The position numbers were made by a program, and so were the translations under genes. The notes below the pieces were generated by a model. That model had not been told where the DNA came from. It saw only the letters and a list, made by a program, of their open reading frames with translations, and made no database searches. 64,000 bases of DNA from an uncultured Methanosarcinaceae archaeon (GTDB lineage: Archaea; Halobacteriota; Methanosarcinia; Methanosarcinales; Methanosarcinaceae): contig CAWFUY010000028.1 in assembly GCA_963818955.1 (NCBI GenBank), positions 100,486 through 164,485 of the forward strand. Direction: 5' to 3'. Within the stretch, counting starts at the first letter, position 1, and the number at the start of each line of letters is the position of its first letter. Shown piece by piece: positions 43,320 to 53,821 of the stretch.

Positions 43320-43820
43320 ATGACCTGTTACATAGCAGATTCGGCAGTCTTTATTATGGGAAACTGCAATTTAGACAACTCATTGGTGATTACAGTTCCC
43401 TCCGTAGAGAACGAATTAAAGAGCAGGGATTCCGTGCTTCGCTTTGATCTCGCAAAAGAAGCTGGATTGCGTGTTGAGTGGCCAGAGCCTGAAATGGTGA
43501 AAGAGGTCAGGAGAAAAGCTGAACAAACAAGGGACTCGGAGGAACTTTCAAAGACAGATATAGAAGTACTCGCGAAAGCTCTTGAGCACAGGGATAAAGG
43601 AGTGCTACTTACTGATGATTATGCAGTCCAGAATGTTGCCGTACAACTTGGAATTCGGGTTAAACCCATTGCCCAGAAGAAAATAAAAGATATAATTCTC
43701 TGGCAAAAGCAGTGTATTGGCTGCAGAAAAACTTTTGAAAAAGGGGATGAATGTCCCATTTGTGGCTCTCCTCTAAAGAAAAAGAGGAAAAAAATTATAA
43801 AAGAGAAGAGTCAATCTTAA
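43320..43820 (+). CDS. nob1: Nob1 rRNA-processing endonuclease (PIN plus Zn ribbon)
   Basis: IADSAVFI, LSKTDIEVLA, TDDYAVQNVA, CIGC...CPICGS. Confidence 0.92.
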   Translation: MTCYIADSAVFIMGNCNLDNSLVITVPSVENELKSRDSVLRFDLAKEAGLRVEWPEPEMVKEVRRKAEQTRDSEELSKTDIEVLAKALEHRDKGVLLTDDYAVQNVAVQLGIRVKPIAQKKIKDIILWQKQCIGCRKTFEKGDECPICGSPLKKKRKKIIKEKSQS

Positions 43821-44017
43821 GCTAAGAAAAAGATATAACGCTTGATAGTATAATACTGTCTTAATTGAGAGAACATTTAACTTGAATTAAGTTTTTCAGG
43901 CAGTATTCCAGGAGATATTCTCAGTAAAACTTTATACTATAAAATATAAACTTCATACTGTTTATGGATAAAGTTTTGGAGATACAGCCGAAAAAAATAT
44001 CAGGTGGGAATGGAGGC

Positions 44018-44632
44018 ATGAAGAATATAGAAGATTTAATTCAGAAAGCTGTGGAACTGCAAAGCAACGGGCTTGTTACCGGCCAGATTGCCGATGAACT
44101 CAACGTTTCGAGAGAAACCGTTACCTGGCTTTTAACCCGTTCTAAAAAAGAAGCAACTGCCCCCGCTCCAAAAGATATCTCTGTAAATTGGAGCAATATA
44201 GGGAAAAGTGCTACACGTCTCCACAATATCTCGCTTGCACTCTGTGACATGGTGCTTGAGACCCTCGAAAAAACAAATACTGGAGTAGACGTGGTCGTTG
44301 GCGTTGCAGCCAGTGGTATCCCCCTGGCAAGCATGATGGCAAACGAATTGGGAGCTGACTTAGCCATATATCATTCCCGTAAAGCACAGGATTTTGACCA
44401 GCCAGGCCAGAAAGGGACCATTAGCAGAAACTTTGGGACCGTTGCAGGCAAAAATTGCGTAATCGTAGACGACGTTATTACCACTGGCTCCACTACCATG
44501 GAAGCGATTGAGCAGTTAAGGGAAATGGATGCAAAGCCGAGAGTTGTAGTGGTGCTTGTAGACAAGAAAGGGGCAGATACTATCGCAAATGTTCCGGTTC
44601 AGGCTCTCTTGAGAATTGTGCGCCTGGATTGA
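44018..44632 (+). CDS. PyrE-like protein with N-terminal HTH (GfcR-type)
   Basis: [20 protein letters not shown]; [17 protein letters not shown] motif; GGAGG RBS. Confidence 0.88.
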   Translation: MKNIEDLIQKAVELQSNGLVTGQIADELNVSRETVTWLLTRSKKEATAPAPKDISVNWSNIGKSATRLHNISLALCDMVLETLEKTNTGVDVVVGVAASGIPLASMMANELGADLAIYHSRKAQDFDQPGQKGTISRNFGTVAGKNCVIVDDVITTGSTTMEAIEQLREMDAKPRVVVVLVDKKGADTIANVPVQALLRIVRLD

Positions 44633-44774
44633 ATATAGAGTAGCTCTAAAAAATATATTAAACAAATCATTAAAAAAACATTACAAAATATTAAAAAAGA
44701 ACAATTTACTTTATAAGGAAAGCCTTTCGGAAGGAAGGCTCAAAATTTTTAAATATAAAAGCTTGATGAGCATT

Positions 44775-46907
44775 TTAATGCTCGACTTTTGATTGTGCTA
44801 TCTTTTCGGCCAGCTTTGAGAGTACTTCAGTCCTCATTCCTTCTACAAACTTTATGCTGCCGACAACAAGGTGTCCCCCTCCGCTGATGCCTGCACCCTT
44901 CATCTCTTCTCGGAGTTCCCGGACAATTCTTGGTATGTTCATAAAGACGCCTTTAGAACGAATAACAGCAAAATCAGGACCGTATCCCAGGGTTACAACC
45001 GGTTTATCCGGATTTCTTTTAACAAGTACGTCATGAACTTCTCCTGAGGTTTTTCCAGGTGGCGGGAATGTGAATTTCTGGGCATAGTTTTCGACATCTA
45101 TCACATTCATGATAGCCCCATTTGATAGCTTATGGGATTTGACATTGAAGAGACAGGTCTCAAGCTGCTCTTTTATCATGGTATCAGCCTGCTCACACAG
45201 GAGTAAGACCAGGTCTTTGTGAACTTTATGATCTCTAAGGTCCAGTATATCGTCGATAAGCCCTTTTCCACTGCTGAATTTCAACCAGAACTGCTCGTAG
45301 TCCAGAGCTAAAGCCATTTCTTTTAATTCCTTAAGAGTATAGCGGTCAGAGACCAGAGAAATATATCTCGCAGCTTCAGGAGCTTCGGAACGATCACCGA
45401 CTGCCGAAACTGCAGGAAGGTGCTTGATTGTGTCACTGACATTCGGATTGATCATACGGGCGATTTCGGCACAGAGCATGCCTGCGGTAACTCCGAAATC
45501 CCCGCCCACGTGTGCAGGGTTTACATGCCCTATCAGGTACTGATCAACGATTTCGTCCGGATGATGGTGATCGATTACGATCATATCGATGCCGTAAACC
45601 TGGGCCTGGCGCATGGAAGGGACATCTTCTTCGGTAGACCCATTATCCACGAGAATTACGAGGGGCATTTTCTGCCCGTGCCTGGATAAGTCCTCAAGTG
45701 CAAAAGAAATATCCCTTGTAACGTCTGCAAGCTCATAAAAGGGAGCCTTGGACGGAGCACGTTTGTAGAAATAGTATTCTGCCTCATTTCCTCCGATTTC
45801 CGTAATAAGGGGCAGGATTGCTTTTTCGATTGCAATTGCCGAAGTAATCCCGTCTGCATCGGCATGATGCCTGAGAATGATAGGTGTTGAATGTAAGATA
45901 GCTTTTTTAATTTCTTTAGCGACATGGAGCATTCTGGGCTTGAGCTTTTCCATAATCTCGCTTTCGATAAGGAAGGGAATATTAGATGGTGATGCTTTCT
46001 CGTCAATTACCTTCTCGACTCTTGTCCTTACAGCATCTTCCTTCTTTCCTGTAAGTAATTTCATGCTCATGACTTCTATCTGAACCTGCTCATCTCTCAG
46101 AGTCACCTCCCCGGTGAGTGAAACAATCATTCCTACATCAATATGCGGGTAAGAACGTTTTCCTGCACTCTCGAAAGCTGCACAAGGGACAAAGCCCCCT
46201 TCATCGCTGATCATGAAAATAGTAGGTCCGCTGGTCTGCTTTACCTGGATGACTTCTCCTTCGATCCTGACAAGCTTACCTTTCATACTCGGGCTTATTT
46301 CAGCCGAGTTCTTGAGCGGGAGCTCTTTTTCAAGTTCAATTGTCTCGTATTTCTTTGGAGTCTTGGGGATAAGGTCCAGCTTCCCTCCGGCTTTTACGCT
46401 CTTTACCAGCACGATTACAGCATCCCCAACTTCTGGCAGGACCCCCACATTACTTGAGTGCATAAGCCCCCTTACCTGGGGATTCAAGTCCACAAAGACC
46501 CCGAAAGATGCTCTACTGCTCACTATGCCATGGTAGAGTTTACCTGCTTCCACGTCCTTTAAGTCACAGGATTCATCAAGGGCATAAACAAATTGGGAGC
46601 GTGAACATGAATCGCAAATCTCATCTTCCGGGTCCCTTGGTTCCGGAATTTTTGCTCCGCAGACCTTGCATATATATATTCTTCCAAGCCCCTCACAGGC
46701 TTCACAGGGTGTAGTTACTTCAACACTTCCAGTACCCTTACATTTCTCACATGCTGCACCACTTTTCAAGAGACCGTCAATATCTTTTTCAGAAATTTTA
46801 AGAAAGTCTATTGATTTTGACTTACCTTTGCCCTTACACTGGGGGCACACATCAGTTGAAACAACTTCATAACCACGCCCGTGGCAATCTGGACATTCTT
46901 TACTCAT
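44775..46907 (-). CDS. Archaeal RecJ-like DHH exonuclease with DnaJ-type Zn finger and S1/OB domains
   Basis: CxxCxGxG repeats, HHADADG, DNGS, IDHHHPD, GGGH. Confidence 0.9.
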   Translation of the reverse strand: MSKECPDCHGRGYEVVSTDVCPQCKGKGKSKSIDFLKISEKDIDGLLKSGAACEKCKGTGSVEVTTPCEACEGLGRIYICKVCGAKIPEPRDPEDEICDSCSRSQFVYALDESCDLKDVEAGKLYHGIVSSRASFGVFVDLNPQVRGLMHSSNVGVLPEVGDAVIVLVKSVKAGGKLDLIPKTPKKYETIELEKELPLKNSAEISPSMKGKLVRIEGEVIQVKQTSGPTIFMISDEGGFVPCAAFESAGKRSYPHIDVGMIVSLTGEVTLRDEQVQIEVMSMKLLTGKKEDAVRTRVEKVIDEKASPSNIPFLIESEIMEKLKPRMLHVAKEIKKAILHSTPIILRHHADADGITSAIAIEKAILPLITEIGGNEAEYYFYKRAPSKAPFYELADVTRDISFALEDLSRHGQKMPLVILVDNGSTEEDVPSMRQAQVYGIDMIVIDHHHPDEIVDQYLIGHVNPAHVGGDFGVTAGMLCAEIARMINPNVSDTIKHLPAVSAVGDRSEAPEAARYISLVSDRYTLKELKEMALALDYEQFWLKFSSGKGLIDDILDLRDHKVHKDLVLLLCEQADTMIKEQLETCLFNVKSHKLSNGAIMNVIDVENYAQKFTFPPPGKTSGEVHDVLVKRNPDKPVVTLGYGPDFAVIRSKGVFMNIPRIVRELREEMKGAGISGGGHLVVGSIKFVEGMRTEVLSKLAEKIAQSKVEH

Positions 46908-47293
46908 AATACCAACACCATGGCTCTTCCTTTCGAGCCTGCGTTTTCAAATCTACACTTACTTACAGTTCAGAATAACTTTTGAACCTGACAGCATCTA
47001 GTTCTCTTTTTTATCCCGATCAATCAGCAGCATTATTAACTCTAATTAACTCTAAACAACCCCAGTCCAGCTTCTAATTTATCGCTTCCAGAGGTTATCT
47101 CCAATAATCTAAAAAGACCTTACTCCATAGAAAATTTGGAATACAAAGTAATTATATAGTTTTGCAGATATTTATAGAGTACAAACTTATATAACGAATG
47201 ATATATTTATATAGAGTATCAATATACTCTCCAGACGGATAATAATTGATTGTTTTAACTCTAATTGGTAATGGAATAAGAGGTCATAAAACT

Positions 47294-48073
47294 ATGGTTG
47301 ATTTCACTACTGCGTTATTCCCTGTATTAATAGTTTTAATATTAATAGTCTCACAGTCTTTAAAAATGGTAAATGAATATGAAAGGGTTGTTATTTTCAG
47401 GTTGGGTCGTTTGAGCGGAGTAAAAGGACCAGGTATTTTCTTTATAATTCCGATTGTCGACCGAGCCACTAAAATAGACCTGAGAATTGTTACCATTGAT
47501 ATCCCTAAGCAGGCAGTTATAACCCGGGATAATGTTACAGTTGAAGTTGATGCTGTTGTATATTATAAGGTAGTCGAGCCTGGAGCCGCCATAACTAAGG
47601 TAGAAAATTACATGTTTGCAACTTCCACACTTTCCCAAACAACCCTCAGAGACGTGCTTGGTCAGATGGAACTCGATGAACTACTTTCGGAAAGAGAACA
47701 GATAAATAAAAGAATTCAAGAACTTCTGGACGCATATACTGACCCTTGGGGGATCAAGGTTACAGGAGTTACGATTAGGGACGTATCTCTGCCTGAGAAT
47801 ATGAAGAGAGCAATTGCCAAACAGGCGGAAGCCGAAAGAGAAAAGCGTTCCAGGATAATCCTTGCGGACGGAGAATTCCAGGCTGGCCAGAAAATGAGAG
47901 ACGCCGCTGCTCTCTATGAGGGAGTAAGTGCAGCACTCAAATTGAGGGAGTTGCAAACTTTAGCCGAGATTGCCAGGGAAAAGAATCTCATAGTAGTTAC
48001 ACAGTCTCAAGCTCTTGATACCGGGAACATAGCTGCCTTATCTCAAGCAATCTCAGCAAAGAAAGAACAATAA
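47294..48073 (+). CDS. SPFH/band-7 (stomatin-like) protein
   Basis: EYERVVIFRLGR, ITRDNV, QTTLR, WGIKV, QAEAEREKR. Confidence 0.95.
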   Translation: MVDFTTALFPVLIVLILIVSQSLKMVNEYERVVIFRLGRLSGVKGPGIFFIIPIVDRATKIDLRIVTIDIPKQAVITRDNVTVEVDAVVYYKVVEPGAAITKVENYMFATSTLSQTTLRDVLGQMELDELLSEREQINKRIQELLDAYTDPWGIKVTGVTIRDVSLPENMKRAIAKQAEAEREKRSRIILADGEFQAGQKMRDAAALYEGVSAALKLRELQTLAEIAREKNLIVVTQSQALDTGNIAALSQAISAKKEQ

Positions 48074-48115
48074 AAATGTCAATTAACACAATAAAAATGT
48101 CAATTAACACAATAA
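48067..48115. repeat. 21-bp tandem duplication ACAATAAAAATGTCAATTAAC
   Basis: Two perfect copies plus a partial, spanning the SPFH stop codon. Confidence 0.9.
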
Positions 48116-48138
48116 TAATGTAATAAATTTGAGGTAAA

Positions 48139-49470
48139 GTGACAAACGAGAAAGGGCCGATAAATATGCTTTTGAGAAAGTCTCCTCTTTTCCTCTCAAT
48201 TTTTCTTTTGTGCTTCGTCTTTACGGCTGCCTTTGCACCTGCGACCTGTGCGAGCCCGGAAAATAAGGTGCTTGTGCTTAAGATTTCCGAAGCAATCACT
48301 CCGGCCTCAGATGACATTATAGCCAGTGCACTAGCAAAAGCTGAAAATGATAATTTTGAAGCGCTTATAATCAGCCTGGATACTCCCGGGGGAGGGCTTA
48401 CAGAAACCCAGGCCATTATAGAGAATATTGGAAATGCAACCGTACCGGTAATCGGATATGTGCCTGAGGGCGGCAAAGCCTGGTCAGCCGGGACTCTTAT
48501 CCTGCTGGGTACCGATATTGCTGCAATGGCTCCTTTCACGGTGATCGGCTCCGCACAACCCGTACAGATATCTTCGGAGGGAACAAAGCCCATAGAAGAC
48601 GAAAAAATAATAAATGCCCTTGTCAAGTTCTCGGTTGCAACCGCCAGTAAACACGGAAGAAATGAGACCTTTGCAGAAGAAGTCATTACGAAGAACAAGA
48701 ATCTTGACGCCCAGGAAGCTCTTAAAGCAGGTGTGATAGAATACGTAGCTCCTTCTATTCCAGATTTGTTAACACAGACCAACGGCAAGGTTGTTAAAGG
48801 TAAGGCCCTCAGCACCGGAAGTGCAAGTATCGAATACTACGAACCTCCTCTTTCCCTTTCTTTTTTGGGGATAATCTCAAACCCAATCCTCGCTTCTCTA
48901 CTGCTGACCATAGGGCTTTACGGGATAATCTTCGGGATTTCAAGTCCTGGAGCCGGAGCGGAAGTTTTCGGGCTCATTGCAATAGCACTTGGATTAATAG
49001 GTACAGGATTTAATGTCAATATAGGTGCATTCTTCCTGATCATTGTGGGAATAGGGCTCCTTATTCTGGAAATCAAAATTCCCGGTTTCGGGATTTTCGG
49101 ATTTGCCGGTCTTCTCAGCCTTGTAATAGGAAGTATACTGCTTATACCAATGGGAGGCGAAAATATCTACACTCCCGAGTTCAGGAGGCTTATGACCCTA
49201 ACTGTTGTCGCTCCTACGATAGTTTTCGGGCTATTCCTTGTCTTCGCAATTTATAAAGTAGCCGAGGTAAGAAAGAAAAAACCGGTTATCGGATCAATAA
49301 TAGGAGACTCTGCCCGAACTATAGATCCCCTTGGACCGGGTAAGTCGGGCTTTGTCCGTTATAACGGAGAATACTGGCAAGCCAGGTCCGAAGAAGAAAT
49401 CGAAGCTAAAGAAGCAGTCGAAATTGTTGGAAAAGAAAACGAAGTGCTTCTGGTAAAACGAAAAAAGTAA
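48139..49470 (+). CDS. nfeD: NfeD membrane-bound ClpP-class protease
   Basis: LDTPGG, AWSAG, IGSAQP, TM block, C-terminal GEYWQARS OB domain; adjacent to SPFH gene. Confidence 0.93.
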   Translation: MTNEKGPINMLLRKSPLFLSIFLLCFVFTAAFAPATCASPENKVLVLKISEAITPASDDIIASALAKAENDNFEALIISLDTPGGGLTETQAIIENIGNATVPVIGYVPEGGKAWSAGTLILLGTDIAAMAPFTVIGSAQPVQISSEGTKPIEDEKIINALVKFSVATASKHGRNETFAEEVITKNKNLDAQEALKAGVIEYVAPSIPDLLTQTNGKVVKGKALSTGSASIEYYEPPLSLSFLGIISNPILASLLLTIGLYGIIFGISSPGAGAEVFGLIAIALGLIGTGFNVNIGAFFLIIVGIGLLILEIKIPGFGIFGFAGLLSLVIGSILLIPMGGENIYTPEFRRLMTLTVVAPTIVFGLFLVFAIYKVAEVRKKKPVIGSIIGDSARTIDPLGPGKSGFVRYNGEYWQARSEEEIEAKEAVEIVGKENEVLLVKRKK

Positions 49471-49472
49471 CA

Positions 49473-50080
49473 CCCGAATTCCGCTTCCCGAGTTCCGCTT
49501 CCCGAGTTCCGCTTCCCGAGTTCCGCTTCCCGAGTTCCGCTTCGGGAGCACGGTGTCCTTTTCGCTACGCTGCGCTCCCTCAAGAGGACTATTCAGAGAA
49601 ATTTTAACTTAATTTTTCTTCAAAACCCTTGCTTTAGCTTAATGAACTTATTTGTTAGCATTTTTTGCTTATAGATTGGACCCAAAGCAGCATTATTCGC
49701 ATCCTTTACGGAGATTGTCACGCACGCAGTGCGGCTTGTCCTTAATTAAATTGAAGAATGGAGTAAAAAAAGTTTATTTGCCAATATTTTGAAATCGAAA
49801 GAATGATTGATATAAATGCCGTTGCTGAATTTAAATGCCATTGCTGAATTGTAATTATCTAAATCTCCAATTTGATTTTTTTCATCGGAAAGGCCCGAGC
49901 TGGCGCTCGGTGACAAGACAGGTTACAGATAGTGAATATGGTTTTCCGGGCAGATTTTACCACCCAATTTAGGTTTTAGGGAAGCTATCTTTTTTCGATT
50001 GAATAACCGTCACCTACATTGATGTTTACCTATTCACTTCTGATTTTCCTGCGACTTCGCTTTCCGAGTTTCTATTCGGA
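49473..50080. mobile_element. Composite dispersed element, copy 2 (A-B-spacer-C-degenerate A)
   Basis: 5 x 14-bp array and hairpins 49473-49591; block B ~49685-49742; block C ~49889-49960; degenerate A ~50055-50080; same order as 61120-61883; mobility is inferred. Confidence 0.6.
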
Positions 50081-50115
50081 GACAATGTCTTTTTCGCTCT
50101 TTTTACACGCTCTTT

Positions 50116-51468
50116 TTACACGCTCTTTTTACACGCACTTTTTTGCTTGTCCCTTATATGTTCAAGAACTCTTTGCTTTTTATCAATGGCCTCTTCTGCT
50201 GCTTTGTCGATTGCAGATCTCATGTCCTCAAAATCTCGCGGGTTTTCTTCCCCATGCACTTTTTTAACCGGAGTATAGGCCGATTCCCGGAACCTGGGCG
50301 CAAAGTCCCGGGTTTCCCCGTTGATTATTATGTCGGCTCCACTTCCTTCTTCCACACGGCCTATGATATCGATCTCGACATTGGCAGCTCGAACAGTCTC
50401 CAGGACTTCGGAGGCATGTTCAGGTGGGACAATAACCAGCAGGGCATCGAGAGACACGCCAAGGTAATCTATTTTTAGGAGCTCGAGCATGGAAAGGACC
50501 TTTGAGTTTACCAGAGCCCTTATTTTTGTTTCTTCAAAGACCATTTTTACGCCTGCAGTCTTTGATATTTCGCGGGCGTCACCTCGAATTCCACCGTTGG
50601 TAACGTCAGTCATGGAATGGACTTTTCTGAATAGTCCTGACTGCAGCAGAGATTCGCAGGCTTCAAGGAAGCGAATATTGATAGTTTCTTCCACGACGTC
50701 GTGCATCCCGTAATAAAGTGCGGTTGTGGAAACCGTGCCTCCGCCAGCTCCTTCGGTCATAAGGACAAGGTCTCCTACCTGGGTCTGATTTCTGGAGGTA
50801 AGGGAAGAGGTTATGCCTACTGCACCGACTCCGCCAGTCATTCTTTCGCCGATGACCATGTCCCCGCCTATCCGGAGGGTGCTGCCGGTTATAAGAGGAA
50901 TTCCGGTTAGTTCCGAGACCGTCGTGATTCCTGCAATATGGTCGAATATTTTGGCCACATCCCCATCGTCCGCTATATGGATATCGGAAAGCATGGCTAG
51001 AGGGCGGGATCCCATGGAGTATATGTCGCGTAGGGCTGCTCTGGCTACGTGAAAACCCGAGAGGAAAGGAAAGTCGCTCAAACGAGAATGGAGACCGTCA
51101 ATTGTGACTACCAGATATTGGTCACCTATTTTGACAACTCCGGAGTCATCAAGCTGGGAACTGTCTACAACCGCACCTGTCTTGCCTATTACTTCTCCGA
51201 GCTTTGCGTGTACGTAGAAATCCCCTGTGCCCCGGGAGCCAACCCCGAATTCTCCCATTGAAACTCCTGAAATTGTTGAGCTAAGTATATCTCCTTCTAC
51301 ATTAAGTGTTGCTTTTGCCTCACAAATAACTGCAGATGCAATTTCGTGAGCTCTTTCCGGACTTATATCTTTAATTTCAAGAATTCTTGAAGCCAGCTGT
51401 TCTGTGATCTCTGCTTCGTTTGATGGGTTCTTCTTGAGAGCCCGTTTTGCATAGCCTTCTATATCCAT
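50116..51468 (-). CDS. AIR synthase (PurM/HypE/ThiL)-related methanogen protein
   Basis: GVGSRGTGDF, DDSGVV, DGLHSRLS, MTDVTNGGIRGDA. Confidence 0.85.
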   Translation of the reverse strand: MDIEGYAKRALKKNPSNEAEITEQLASRILEIKDISPERAHEIASAVICEAKATLNVEGDILSSTISGVSMGEFGVGSRGTGDFYVHAKLGEVIGKTGAVVDSSQLDDSGVVKIGDQYLVVTIDGLHSRLSDFPFLSGFHVARAALRDIYSMGSRPLAMLSDIHIADDGDVAKIFDHIAGITTVSELTGIPLITGSTLRIGGDMVIGERMTGGVGAVGITSSLTSRNQTQVGDLVLMTEGAGGGTVSTTALYYGMHDVVEETINIRFLEACESLLQSGLFRKVHSMTDVTNGGIRGDAREISKTAGVKMVFEETKIRALVNSKVLSMLELLKIDYLGVSLDALLVIVPPEHASEVLETVRAANVEIDIIGRVEEGSGADIIINGETRDFAPRFRESAYTPVKKVHGEENPRDFEDMRSAIDKAAEEAIDKKQRVLEHIRDKQKSACKKSV

Positions 51469-51625
51469 TTTAACCATCTCCAGAGATGCCCTTTTCAACA
51501 CGTTGTATGAGGGCAGGACAATTGAAAAACAAAAATGAATCTGAATTCTGTATAAAAGTAAAGTTTTCGCTCAGTTTTTTAATAAAAGGGGAATTCTTAA
51601 AAGCGGATTCTTGAGATCTGTTCAT

Positions 51626-52234
51626 TCAGCACATTTCTACAAAATTTTTCAGGATTTTCAATCCGGTTGCTCCGCTTTTCTCAGGATGGAACTGGGTACC
51701 CATTACATTGCCCTGCGAATTTACCACAGAGGATGAAAACTCCAGTCCATAATTACAAGATGCAAGAGTATTTTCAGGAGCAGTGTCCACATAGTAAGAA
51801 TGCACGAAATATACAAAGGAATTTTCAGGGATGCCTTCAAACAGAGGGTGATCCTGTTTGATCCCGATATTGTTCCAGCCCATGTGAGGCACTTTTAATT
51901 CCGATCTCGGAAAGCGCAGAACTTTTCCGGAGATGATATCAAGCCCGTCCGTCAGCCCTCCTTCCTCAGAAGAGCTCATCAGAACCTGCTGTCCAAGACA
52001 AATCCCCAGCATCGGTTTATCCGACCGTATGTACTCGTTTATAACTCCCTTAATCGGAGCCAGGCACTTCATTGCATCTTTAAAAGCGCCGACGCCCGGG
52101 AGAATTATCCCGTCTGCGGCAAGGATATCCTCTGGTTCCCCGGAAATAGTGGGACTGGCACCAACGTGTTCCAGTCCTTTTTGGACACTCCGGAGATTTC
52201 CAAGCCCGTAATCGAGAATCACTATTTTTTTCAT
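51626..52234 (-). CDS. hisH: Imidazole glycerol phosphate synthase glutamine amidotransferase
   Basis: DYGLGNLRSV, LPGVGAF, GICLG, PHMGWN, YFVHSY, QFHPEKS. Confidence 0.97.
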   Translation of the reverse strand: MKKIVILDYGLGNLRSVQKGLEHVGASPTISGEPEDILAADGIILPGVGAFKDAMKCLAPIKGVINEYIRSDKPMLGICLGQQVLMSSSEEGGLTDGLDIISGKVLRFPRSELKVPHMGWNNIGIKQDHPLFEGIPENSFVYFVHSYYVDTAPENTLASCNYGLEFSSSVVNSQGNVMGTQFHPEKSGATGLKILKNFVEMC

Positions 52235-52657
52235 AGCTCTAAAAAACAAGTTAAAATAGATTAATCTTACGACAACGAAGGAAAACAAGAGACAACATAT
52301 TATAAAAAATTATTTTGGAAAGAAATTGAAAGCCGATTTGAGTGGGTCATACTTCGTTATACACTGCAGGGAAATTGGAGATTTATATATATCAGAAATT
52401 AAATTAATAAATAGCGTAAAACCATTTTTCTTTGAATAAATATCTATATCCAATTAAAGAATCATATAGAAAAAAGAAAAAGATATATACTTAAAACGAC
52501 TATCTTCTTTAGTAGCGTGGGACTAAGATAAACAAATAGGCCAGTGCAGTGTGCTATTAACAAAACAGACCGAATCCCCATGTTACATATTTAAATGAAT
52601 TAAATGAAGCCAGTACATCAAATCTCTTCTTTATATTTTTTATTTATTTAATGGTAA

Positions 52658-52878
52658 TTACTTCGTTCCTTTCTGGCGCTGTGCAAACCTCTTACCCATC
52701 TCAAAGGCTTTCTCACAGTCCAGAGGAAACACCTCTTCTCTCCTTTAAAATTGAAATCATAAAGATGGATTAATTCTGTCTCTGCGCCCTCTGAGGCTGC
52801 CCCTTCAAGTGCTTTTTCGAGCAGTGTTGCTGTGTTCCATTTCTTTCTTGGGCTTCCATTTACTGCAATCACTTTCAT
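52658..52878 (-). pseudogene. Flavodoxin-fold / iron-sulfur flavoprotein gene with internal deletion
   Basis: N-terminus MKVIAVNGSPRKKWNTATLL...FKG joined out of frame to family-type C-terminus EEVFPLDCEKAFEMGKRF. Confidence 0.8.
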
Positions 52879-52881
52879 AAT

Positions 52882-53727
52882 TTACCTCCATATGACATCC
52901 ACTTTTTTTCTTCCGGGTATTTTCTCAAATTTATATTTTGAGTATCCAACAAGCATTGGAAACTGTAACACAAATCCATCGGGAATCCCAAGAACTTCTC
53001 TTAAGGGCTGATATTCCACTGCCGCTCTATGCAGGAGTCCTACCCAGCAGGTGCCAAGACCAAAAGAGGGAGCCATCAGATCAAATGTTGTCAGGGCTAT
53101 AATGCTGTCAGTGTATCCGGAGGCATTTTCCGAATAAGCATATACAAGGCACGGGGAATTCCTGCAAATAGGGTCAAGACCCGCATCAGCCAATGAAACA
53201 AGAACCGGGAAGTAATTCTTCAGAGGATGTTCCGTGCCTTTTTCCACCATCATCCTCATCCAGTCAATGGTAAGATTTGCAAATTCTTTGATCTTTGCTG
53301 CATCAGTAACCACAAGCCACTTAACAGGCTGTGCGTTCATACCTGTCGGAGCAAAGCGAACGGCCTCAAAAATCGCTGCAATTTTCTCTTTCTCAACCGG
53401 TTTATCTTTGAAAATCCTTATTGATCGTCTGCTCTGAATGTATTTTGTGAGATGATTCGAACTGATCTGCTCGGTTACGGAATTTTCATCTTCAGGTGGA
53501 AATATCTCGTAATTTATTTTTATTGCATTTGCGGGACAAATAGCTTCACAGTGCCCGCAATGAGTGCAATAAGCCTCAGATTCGGAGGGCAAGGAAGGAT
53601 ATTCTTTTTCTCTATGGGCAATGATAAATAATGGACAAATCCTGGAACAGGTTCCACAAACAGTACATTTTTCCGTGTTAAAAGAAATAAGCTGCAAGTT
53701 CAAACCAGAATCGAGTGATATGGTCAT
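52882..53727 (-). CDS. Nitroreductase with N-terminal 2x[4Fe-4S] ferredoxin
   Basis: CTVCGTCSRICP, CTHCGHCEAICP, SRRSIR, APTGMNAQP, GLGTCW. Confidence 0.93.
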   Translation of the reverse strand: MTISLDSGLNLQLISFNTEKCTVCGTCSRICPLFIIAHREKEYPSLPSESEAYCTHCGHCEAICPANAIKINYEIFPPEDENSVTEQISSNHLTKYIQSRRSIRIFKDKPVEKEKIAAIFEAVRFAPTGMNAQPVKWLVVTDAAKIKEFANLTIDWMRMMVEKGTEHPLKNYFPVLVSLADAGLDPICRNSPCLVYAYSENASGYTDSIIALTTFDLMAPSFGLGTCWVGLLHRAAVEYQPLREVLGIPDGFVLQFPMLVGYSKYKFEKIPGRKKVDVIWR

Positions 53728-53821
53728 GATTTTCCTCGAATGAAATACTATTTTTAATTACTTATATCAGGTAGAAGGAAAAATGTAATATTGTATCCAA
53801 ATAATAACTAATGGAGAAAAT

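Noticed and set aside
47997-48815. 272-aa minus-strand ORF and other long antisense ORFs (3451-4095, 4604-5209, 13079-13639)
   Set aside because: They overlap well-supported genes on the opposite strand and lack motifs
50090-50136. 13-bp tandem repeat over the AIR-synthase-like stop; also 17-bp (31377-31410) and 19-bp (49813-49850) duplications
   Set aside because: Ordinary local slippage duplications with no further structure
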